39,945 nucleotides of DNA from a virus, in IMG/VR virus record IMGVR_UViG_3300027822_000008, positions 1 through 39,945 of that record, one strand, 5' to 3'. Position 1 is the first letter of the stretch. Each line of letters starts with the position of its first letter. Both the position numbers and the translations under genes were made by a program. Positions 32,882 to 39,455 of this stretch are shown piece after piece. The notes beneath the pieces were generated by a model, which searched no databases, was not told where the DNA came from, and saw only the letters and a program-made list of their open reading frames with translations.

Positions 32882-32889
32882 TTTACCCT

Positions 32890-33081
32890 ATGAGCATACA
32901 CAACGGAAAAGAATATCGTAAGCAGATGCGGCGATGGATTAGCCGTCAATTAACTATCGTTCACCTCAAGGATGAAAAAAATCTGACATTACAGCAGATT
33001 GGCGACCGGTACGGGATATCAAAGCAACGTGCCAAACAGCTCTATGATAAGGGCAGGGCCAGAATGGAGGATCCAGGATGA
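32890..33081 (+). CDS. Sigma70 region-4-like HTH mini-protein (transcription regulator)
   Basis: 63 aa. RQLTIVHLKDEKNLTLQQIGDRYGISKQRAKQLYDKGRARM resembles sigma region 4.2 / LuxR-type HTH. Confidence 0.65.
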   Translation: MSIHNGKEYRKQMRRWISRQLTIVHLKDEKNLTLQQIGDRYGISKQRAKQLYDKGRARMEDPG

Positions 33082-33407
33082 GTCAATTTCTCACCCAAGC
33101 AGAACGCGATTCACTAAAAGATCTTGACCGGATTATTGATTGGCACCTATCAAACAACAAGCCGCTCGATCATTTAGTGATTAGCAAAAAGCATAGTGAC
33201 ACGTTATCCCGTCTTGCCAAGAAGCGCAATAAAGGCCCGGTCTATGACGCTGTTTCCGAGGTTGAAATCGACGTTCCCGAGGATCTTGGCTCGATTGTCT
33301 ACCGAGGCGTCAGACTAGATGTGAACGAGCCTGCACGTCGTAGATATCGCAAGAAAGACACTGAATCATTACTACCCGAAACCGAACAGGAGGAATTAAA
33401 GACATGA
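33078..33407 (+). CDS. Hypothetical protein
   Basis: 109 aa with an ATGA overlap upstream. Confidence 0.6.
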   Translation: MSQFLTQAERDSLKDLDRIIDWHLSNNKPLDHLVISKKHSDTLSRLAKKRNKGPVYDAVSEVEIDVPEDLGSIVYRGVRLDVNEPARRRYRKKDTESLLPETEQEELKT

Positions 33408-33685
33408 ACCGAGAATCAGCAACAAAACTCTTGGCTAAATGGCCTGTGATTAAAGCCTATGCCGAAGGGGCGGATATTGAATATCTCAAGAATGGGAAAT
33501 GGCGCCATGCGCAATACCCAATATTCAACCCTGACCGTGATTACAGGGTTAAACCCAAGAAGCCGATAATTGGGATTCTTATTGACACTCCAGATTTCCC
33601 TGTTGCGGTCGCCGCTAAAGGCGTCGAGCTTACTCCCGAAGTCCGCCAGATCCTCACTGACGCCGGTGTGGAGATAGAGGAATGA
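33404..33685 (+). CDS. Hypothetical protein
   Basis: 93 aa with an ATGA overlap upstream. Confidence 0.6.
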   Translation: MNRESATKLLAKWPVIKAYAEGADIEYLKNGKWRHAQYPIFNPDRDYRVKPKKPIIGILIDTPDFPVAVAAKGVELTPEVRQILTDAGVEIEE

Positions 33686-33689
33686 GCCT

Positions 33690-33860
33690 TTGAAAGTCGA
33701 ATCCCTACAGCGCCACAGAGACATCCAGCGCGAGGAAGATATCGAGCGCCACTTCAACGCCATGCTTGATGATAATCTGGCCGGCAATAAGCAAGAAGCC
33801 GAGCGGCATCGTGAGAGAATCAATGAGCTGGTTTCTGAGCGGAGAACGCATAGTGATTGA
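33690..33860 (+). CDS. Possible 56-aa charged helical protein (TTG start)
   Basis: AGAGGAA lies 7 nt before TTG 33690. The stop TGA is 1 nt before the PAPS-reductase ATG. Translation: LKVESLQRHRDIQREEDIERHFNAML... Below the track cutoff. Confidence 0.35.
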   Translation: MKVESLQRHRDIQREEDIERHFNAMLDDNLAGNKQEAERHRERINELVSERRTHSD

Positions 33861-33861
33861 C

Positions 33862-34650
33862 ATGGCGGCCTCTTTCCGGCAGCAGGAGTTATGGTTAAAG
33901 CGTGACGAGGCTGGTATTGCCCACGTTGTGGGTGTCTCTGGAGGAAAGGACTCGGTTTGTTTGGCGGTTGCGTTGCGCGAACGCGAGCCGCGTCCGTATA
34001 CTTACATTTATACCCCGACTGGTGATGAGCTTCCGGAAATGGATTTACATATTCTACATGTAGAGCAGCTACTCGGCGAGCCGATTATCCGCCTAACGAA
34101 TGGTACTTTGAAAAGCGTAATTGCAGATAACCATATGCTGCCAAATTGTCACGCCAGATTTTGCACACGAATTCTAAAGCTAAAACCCGCTGGTGAGTTC
34201 TACCAATCAGTTCAACCAGTTATTAATTATATCGGTTTGCGTGACGATGAAGATGCCCGCGAAGGGACGCGTCCCGGGGGTGATTCAGCCTCCATTAACA
34301 GCGATGTGGCACACGACTATCCCCTTCAGCGCTGGGGGTGGGATATAGACGACGTATGGGCGTTTTTGGATGAGCGTAATATTGTGATACCAGAGCGTAC
34401 GGACTGCGCTCGTTGCCCATATCAAAGATTGGGTGAATGGTACAACTTGTGGCTAATTTATCCAGAGATCTATCAAGATGCTGTGCAAGACGAAATAAAG
34501 TATGGACACACATACCGCAGCCCTCAGCGCGACAGTTGGCCAGCCAGCTTAACTCAACTGGCGAAATTATTTGCCGCTGGCAAGATCCCGGATCGTAGTT
34601 TGAGAATGATGGAGAAGCGCAGGGGGATGTGCCGTGCATGCTCAATGTAG
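33862..34650 (+). CDS. PAPS-reductase-family PP-loop protein
   Basis: Start moved to ATG 33862, giving 262 aa. PP-loop VSGGKDS, then ARFCTRILKLKP, and a C-terminal CARCPYQ. Confidence 0.85.
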   Translation: MAASFRQQELWLKRDEAGIAHVVGVSGGKDSVCLAVALREREPRPYTYIYTPTGDELPEMDLHILHVEQLLGEPIIRLTNGTLKSVIADNHMLPNCHARFCTRILKLKPAGEFYQSVQPVINYIGLRDDEDAREGTRPGGDSASINSDVAHDYPLQRWGWDIDDVWAFLDERNIVIPERTDCARCPYQRLGEWYNLWLIYPEIYQDAVQDEIKYGHTYRSPQRDSWPASLTQLAKLFAAGKIPDRSLRMMEKRRGMCRACSM

Positions 34651-34675
34651 CCCTTTAACCAATCTGGAGCAGGTG

Positions 34676-35062
34676 ATGATTGACATGCCGTCAGCTTTCC
34701 GGCAGTCTGACATGACGAGGCCAGCACGATGGCTGGCCCCGGAATCGGCAATGCTTGTGAGAGGGCACCGACTCAGTAAGTCCATTTTATCTGAGTCCAC
34801 TTTCCTTTTGCAAGCGATACCTTTTCCCGCTGTCGGGTCTTCCCACGGTAGAGCGCATCTATGCGGAGAATGTCGGGCGCTAGACTTTAAAAAGCGATGG
34901 TTGGCACTCAAGAAAGGGACGCCCCCTGTCCAGTGCAGATGTACGGAGCCGCGTAGGAAGAAAGGGTACCGAGTATCCCCACCACTGGTGCAGCCGGTAG
35001 GGAGAAAGGGGGTAGATATGGCTAGAGGAAAGCTAACTAACTGGGGCCAGGTTGATAATTAA
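34676..35062 (+). CDS. Doubtful ORF: basic Arg/Pro/Gly-rich protein, or a non-coding / decayed region
   Basis: GGAGCAGG lies before ATG 34676, and the first residues (MIDMPSAFRQ) copy the start region of the PAPS-reductase gene. However, the composition is atypical, antisense ORFs are also open here, and hairpins plus a 3x AGAAAGGG motif are present. Confidence 0.3.
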   Translation: MIDMPSAFRQSDMTRPARWLAPESAMLVRGHRLSKSILSESTFLLQAIPFPAVGSSHGRAHLCGECRALDFKKRWLALKKGTPPVQCRCTEPRRKKGYRVSPPLVQPVGRKGVDMARGKLTNWGQVDN

Positions 35063-35080
35063 AGCTGAAGGGAGAGCGTG

Positions 35081-35467
35081 ATGGGCTGGTCAATCGGATA
35101 CGATAGCAATTGGAAGCGTGATATTGGCTACGGTGTTCCTGCTATATGCGATCATCCGGGATGTGATGAGGAAATAGACCGTGGTCTTGCTCATGTTTGT
35201 GGCGGTGAGCCATACGGTGGAGAGTTAGGTTGTGGGCTTTATTTTTGCGGCAAGCATTTATATGTCGGTCAGGGCGACCCTCAAATGTGTGAACGATGCT
35301 GCGATGAAGAGCCTGCGTTTGAGCCAAAACCCGATCATCCCGATTGGATCAAGCACAAACTAACGGATGAAAGCTGGCAGGAATGGAGGGGCGAAAATAC
35401 AGAGGAGGTTGCTGTGATGTGTCAGGCCAATCCGGCGCTGGCTCGGTTAATTGGGAGAGTGACATGA
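35081..35467 (+). CDS. Cys-rich conserved phage protein of unknown function
   Basis: ATG 35081 with GAAGGGAG 7 nt upstream, giving 128 aa. Contains multiple Cys/His clusters (CDHPGCDEEIDRGLAHVCGG...GCGLYFCGKH...CERCC). Confidence 0.7.
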   Translation: MGWSIGYDSNWKRDIGYGVPAICDHPGCDEEIDRGLAHVCGGEPYGGELGCGLYFCGKHLYVGQGDPQMCERCCDEEPAFEPKPDHPDWIKHKLTDESWQEWRGENTEEVAVMCQANPALARLIGRVT

Positions 35468-35652
35468 AAACAGTATTCGAATATGACGCGGTTAGCGGTG
35501 AGATTAAGGATGCGAACGGGTTGGTGATTTATATGTCAGGTATGGTCGGGTTTGAACCTAACAAGGATTCTGGAGGGTCGGTGCTTGAGCTTATCAAGCT
35601 AGGCGTTACACCGGATGAAATAATTAAGCTGAGCAACAACAATCTCTTGTAG
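35464..35652 (+). CDS. Hypothetical small protein
   Basis: Start moved to ATG 35464 (ATGA overlap), giving 62 aa. Confidence 0.55.
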   Translation: MKTVFEYDAVSGEIKDANGLVIYMSGMVGFEPNKDSGGSVLELIKLGVTPDEIIKLSNNNLL

Positions 35653-35653
35653 C

Positions 35654-36082
35654 GTGACCAATGACCCGCATAGCCGAAATACAACCGGGCATACGGATAT
35701 GAGCGCTACAGATCAATGCGGGGTTCATGGCTGTGTGCTGCCGTGTGCGATTTGTCATCCGGCTTTAGCGCGCATGAACCAGCCGGTTCCAGTAGAGAAA
35801 AGCTATGACGCGTTTACAGATAGCGTGAAAACGGTCATTGGCCTAAATTTAAAGAAGAGTGAGCTACTTGTTTTGCTTTATGTGATAACCAGAACAATAG
35901 ATCGTGGTATAGACCGTACCGTCCTGTCTTATGCGGAAATCGGACGATTTGTAAATATGCGTGGCTGCGAAGTATCTAGGGCGGCAAAGACGCTGATAGC
36001 CAAAGGGTATCTCACCGTAGACTTCACGCAAGCTCGCGGTATTAATGGCTCTTATACACTAATAATGGGAGCTACATTGTAG
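35654..36082 (+). CDS. Winged-helix DNA-binding protein, replication protein O N-terminal-like
   Basis: LKKSELLVLLYVITRTIDRGIDRTVLSYAEIGRFVNMRGCEVSRAAKTLIAKGYLT resembles the Phage_rep_O-type wHTH. The start is uncertain (GTG 35654 or ATG 35699). Confidence 0.6.
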   Translation: MTNDPHSRNTTGHTDMSATDQCGVHGCVLPCAICHPALARMNQPVPVEKSYDAFTDSVKTVIGLNLKKSELLVLLYVITRTIDRGIDRTVLSYAEIGRFVNMRGCEVSRAAKTLIAKGYLTVDFTQARGINGSYTLIMGATL

Positions 36083-36114
36083 TGGAGCGCAAAGTAGTGA
36101 AGACTAAAGAGGGT

Positions 36115-36354
36115 ATGCTTAGTTTAGCTCATGATGCTATGAGGGAGGCTAAAGGAGATAAGTTCGCAGCATATGAAATCATGATGGATAAAAAGTCATT
36201 CTGGAGCAGCCTGAACCCTGAGCAGCAGGACTATGTAAGAACCTGCACCTTCATTCAGGAGGCGATCAACACATTCCAGGCTGAGCTTGAGAAACAGCCA
36301 GAAGGGGGCGTGATCCCCTTCATCCCCAAACGCGTCAAGGGTTATGGGAAATGA
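36115..36354 (+). CDS. Hypothetical protein
   Basis: Start moved to ATG 36115 (AAAGAGGG upstream), giving 79 aa. Confidence 0.55.
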   Translation: MLSLAHDAMREAKGDKFAAYEIMMDKKSFWSSLNPEQQDYVRTCTFIQEAINTFQAELEKQPEGGVIPFIPKRVKGYGK

Positions 36355-36379
36355 TTAACTACACCCTCTGGCCAGAAAG

Positions 36380-36835
36380 ATGAAGCTTTACCTAAAACGT
36401 ATGCAGGGCGGTATTCTTGTGCCTGACAATGATGAGTCAGCCGAGTACATTGGCAAGTTAAAGCTGGGTGAGGTTATTAGTGCCGAGGGCAAGAAGCCCA
36501 GGAACTATAAGTTCCTGAAAAAGTACATGGCGCTAATGCAGCTGGGATTCGACGCATTTGAACCAAGTCAGGAATACAAGGGGCAGTCGGTAGAAAAGAA
36601 CTTCGATCGGTTCAGGAAAGACATCACGATTCTTTCGGGTTATTACCATCTGGTGCCGAGCGTTAAAGGTGAGCCGAGGGCCGAAGCCGACAGTATCAGT
36701 TTCGGCAATATGGACGAAGATACGTTCGCAGGTCTGTACAACAAGACGATTGATACGCTTATCCGATATGTGTTGAAGAACTACACGCATGATGATGTGA
36801 ACAACGTGGTTAATGAGTTAATGGGGTTTGGATGA
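36380..36835 (+). CDS. Conserved phage protein (DUF1367-like, from memory)
   Basis: 151-aa ORF. The pattern ...GILVPDNDESAEYIGKLKLGEVI...PRNYKFLKKYMALMQLGFD resembles nin-region DUF1367 proteins. The family call is low confidence. Confidence 0.6.
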   Translation: MKLYLKRMQGGILVPDNDESAEYIGKLKLGEVISAEGKKPRNYKFLKKYMALMQLGFDAFEPSQEYKGQSVEKNFDRFRKDITILSGYYHLVPSVKGEPRAEADSISFGNMDEDTFAGLYNKTIDTLIRYVLKNYTHDDVNNVVNELMGFG

Positions 36836-36860
36836 ACGCCAACAGACGGCAGGTACAGAT

Positions 36861-37052
36861 ATGAGTGCGGAAATACTTGACAATGACATGAAAATAACTG
36901 TGTGCGACAAGTGCCTTATGGCGTGTTGTTGGCAGGGTGTTTTCTATTGCGATGACTATCGGACAGCCGGGACTACAGAAAAGACAATTTCTGAGCTGAA
37001 GACGTTAAAGCTGGAGTCTTCGGATTATTGGTGCAAGGCGAGATCACTATGA
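36861..37052 (+). CDS. Small Cys-rich protein (start uncertain)
   Basis: First in-frame ATG is at 36861 (the track uses TTG 36828). Contains CDKCLMACCWQGVFYC. Confidence 0.45.
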   Translation: MSAEILDNDMKITVCDKCLMACCWQGVFYCDDYRTAGTTEKTISELKTLKLESSDYWCKARSL

Positions 37053-37066
37053 GCGGAGAGGACGAC

Positions 37067-37225
37067 ATGACAAAGATTACCATCGAATCAGGCGACGAAA
37101 CAGTATCAGTAAGCCGGGATAGGGACTATCTGAATATCAGCGAAATGCTAGAACTTGTACGGTCAGCCTTGGTTGCTTCCGGTTATCACCCGGACACGGT
37201 TGAGCGTGGATTTCTGGAAAAATGA
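37067..37225 (+). CDS. Hypothetical small protein (alternative start 37049)
   Basis: GGAGAGGA lies 4 nt before ATG 37067. ATG 37049 forms an ATGA overlap with the upstream stop. Confidence 0.5.
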   Translation: MTKITIESGDETVSVSRDRDYLNISEMLELVRSALVASGYHPDTVERGFLEK

Positions 37226-37250
37226 TTTTGATGAGCGGAGAGGATGTTTT

Positions 37251-37487
37251 ATGTGCCAAGATCCCGCAAATTATTGCAGAGGATTATGTAAACAGCCCAT
37301 GAAATCCAGGCAATGCAAGCAATGCGGTGGAGAGATGCGCAAAGGCACTGCTATTGAGCAGACCTATACGTCTGGCCCCCAATACGCTATTGAAGTGGGT
37401 TCAAATGTGCGCACAAGATCGCCCGGAGGTCAGGGGAAAATAATCACTGTCATGAAATGTGTTAAATGTGGCTGGAGTGTGACGTGA
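37251..37487 (+). CDS. Zinc-ribbon small protein
   Basis: Start moved to ATG 37251 (GGAGAGGA 6 nt upstream), giving 78 aa. CKQCGG...CVKCGW pairs. Confidence 0.6.
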   Translation: MCQDPANYCRGLCKQPMKSRQCKQCGGEMRKGTAIEQTYTSGPQYAIEVGSNVRTRSPGGQGKIITVMKCVKCGWSVT

Positions 37488-37876
37488 AGAAGACTCCTAG
37501 TAAGGTGACTGTCTGGAAGAAGTGCAGCGAATATAACCGCCGAAAGGATGCAGATGAAAATGGAATGGTGTCTTGCTGCTGTTGCGAGAAGGTACTCCAT
37601 TGGAAAGATGTTGACGCCGGTCATTTCATACCCAAATCTAGGGGCAAAGGTGTTTATTATCTCCCTGAAAACATATTCGCTCAGTGTCGGGGCTGTAATA
37701 GGCCGCATACAAGCTCAGATGCAGAGAGGGTAAAGATCAGCTACACGCTATGGATGATTAGGCGATTCGGGGAAGAGGCGGTTGAACGGCTTCAGAGGCT
37801 GTCTAAGCAGGTGCAGCATGACACAGATTTGGTACATTGGAATGAATTTTACACCAAGGCGTTGAAACGATTATGA
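37484..37876 (+). CDS. ninG: NinG/Rap-like recombination endonuclease
   Basis: GTGA overlap start at 37484, giving 130 aa. CCCCEKVLHWKDVDAGHFIPKSRG...ENIFAQCRGCNRP...FGEEAVERL parallels lambda NinG (C.SCG...DAGH...NI..QC..CN...G.EAV). Confidence 0.7.
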   Translation: MKKTPSKVTVWKKCSEYNRRKDADENGMVSCCCCEKVLHWKDVDAGHFIPKSRGKGVYYLPENIFAQCRGCNRPHTSSDAERVKISYTLWMIRRFGEEAVERLQRLSKQVQHDTDLVHWNEFYTKALKRL

Positions 37877-37988
37877 ATATTCTCTACAGGAGCCTGGAAA
37901 ATGAGAGATAGATTAGCAAAAGATATTCGCCGGTATGCCATACTGTTAACGGCCGGGAAGCCCTGGAACGACTCAGGAGGCCAGCGTA

Positions 37989-38666
37989 ATGGCAAAGCGT
38001 GATCCAGTCACTTTGCGCCCGACGGTCTCGGATAAGCCGAGCGGGTATACACCAAAACCTATCAGGCAAACACGCACAGCAGGGGAAGCCATGAACAAGC
38101 CGGCAGCAGTAAAGACGGAAGAGAAACCGGAGGTCGACGAGCTATTCGAGCGCGCAGCCACGTTTGCTCGGCAGCGGGGAACGGTCACGCCCAACGCGCT
38201 GAAAAAGGAACTTAGGATCGGCGCGGAGCGGGCTAGTAGGCTTGCAGACCAGCTGGAAACCGCTAAGGTCGTTGGCGCAAAGCAGCAAGACGGTACCCGC
38301 GCTGCGCTGCAGCCGGAAGAGCCCAACGAGTCAAAAGACGAGCCCCAGCAAGACGGTGCACCGGATTCAAACGAGAAAACCAATAGGCTGAGAGAGTTTT
38401 CCGATCAGCACGGCGTCAAAGTCTTGCCAATGGTCGCCAAAGGGCATTATCTCGTCCCCCTGGTTCATGGCACCTATGCCGGGCTGTACATCGTTCTACG
38501 AAAGGGTACGGGCAACCCGCGCGATAGAGTCCGTCCGCAGGATGAGCCGCAGCTGGTGCGAGACCTGCGCAGCGAAGGCTATATGGCCAGCGTATGCCTG
38601 GGCGTCGATCAGGCCATTGACACGATTAACAAATATCGCCAGATGGAGCGGATGTCGGTCGCATGA
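37989..38666 (+). CDS. FtsK-gamma-like winged-helix protein with an unknown C-terminal domain
   Basis: AGGAGG lies 8 nt upstream; 225 aa. DELFERAATFARQRGTVTPNALKKELRIGAERASRLADQLETAKVVG closely follows the FtsK gamma pattern (D.LF..A..F...AS...LQR.LRIGY.RAARL.DQME..GIVG). Confidence 0.7.
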   Translation: MAKRDPVTLRPTVSDKPSGYTPKPIRQTRTAGEAMNKPAAVKTEEKPEVDELFERAATFARQRGTVTPNALKKELRIGAERASRLADQLETAKVVGAKQQDGTRAALQPEEPNESKDEPQQDGAPDSNEKTNRLREFSDQHGVKVLPMVAKGHYLVPLVHGTYAGLYIVLRKGTGNPRDRVRPQDEPQLVRDLRSEGYMASVCLGVDQAIDTINKYRQMERMSVA

Positions 38667-38911
38667 ATGACCTTATTACTGCCCTGAACCGAATCCGCGA
38701 CGAGGTTTTTGAATGCTCATTCGTTGAGGTGGTTGCTCTGAGCATGGACCATCCGGCCGTTATGCTGACTATCGGGTGGCCGGATGGTTTCACGTGGAAC
38801 AATATTGTCGAGAGAAATACCCGTGAAACGGATAAGCAGATCGTTGATCGCGTGATTTATGTGGCGAATAGCCGGCGCGCCCAAGCACAAGGCGCCCCTT
38901 GTCGTGACTAA
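38663..38911 (+). CDS. Hypothetical protein
   Basis: 82 aa with an ATGA overlap upstream. Confidence 0.55.
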   Translation: MNDLITALNRIRDEVFECSFVEVVALSMDHPAVMLTIGWPDGFTWNNIVERNTRETDKQIVDRVIYVANSRRAQAQGAPCRD

Positions 38912-39455
38912 AGGCAAGATCACCCCAAGACAGCAGCAATTACTCGATCAGCGGATGCTTGAGCCGAAGATTAAGGACGCCGCAAATACGATTGGTATGA
39001 ACTACGATTACGCAAGGCGTCTATTCACAAAAAGCCACATTATTGACGCTTTTAACAAGATGCGTGCCGCGCGGGCGGAAAGAGTCTTGCCGAATCAGGA
39101 TTATGTGCTCAGAAAGGCAGTGCAATATCTGGAGGCGAACGTTGCTGACTTTCTGGTTACGCCTGACGACGGGATGCCGTACTTCGATTTGAGCCAGGCA
39201 ACACCTGAGCAGCTGGCGTGCATTGAGTCACTGCAGCTGGATACGGCTGCGGAGGAAGGCGACGAAGACGAGGACGGCAATCAGCGGTACATCGACGTGC
39301 GCAAAGTCAAGCTAGGGTTGCCGAAGAAAAAGGATATGTTGGAGCTGATCGGTAAGCACGTGGGGGTTGGCGCCTTCAAGCAGGATGGCGCGCAGGTAAA
39401 CCTGGTTATCGTGAAAGACTTCACCGGCCGTGAGCGAGAAGATGGCGACCCTTGA
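38904..39455 (+). CDS. terS: Terminase small subunit
   Basis: LTPRQQQLLDQRMLEPKIKDAANTIGMNYDYARRLFTKSHIIDAFNKM is the typical Terminase_2-type HTH N-terminus. I prefer the GTG 38904 start (8-nt overlap with the upstream gene); the track start is 38859. Its stop overlaps the terL start. Confidence 0.75.
   Translation: MTKGKITPRQQQLLDQRMLEPKIKDAANTIGMNYDYARRLFTKSHIIDAFNKMRAARAERVLPNQDYVLRKAVQYLEANVADFLVTPDDGMPYFDLSQATPEQLACIESLQLDTAAEEGDEDEDGNQRYIDVRKVKLGLPKKKDMLELIGKHVGVGAFKQDGAQVNLVIVKDFTGREREDGDP

Noticed and set aside
37901-38002. 33-aa ORF (MRDRLAKDIRRYAILLTAGKPWNDSGGQRNGKA) in the gap before the FtsK-gamma-like gene
   Set aside because: It has an AGGAG 9 nt upstream, but it overlaps the strong RBS and start of the 225-aa gene and has no other support. 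It is too weak to list as a feature.
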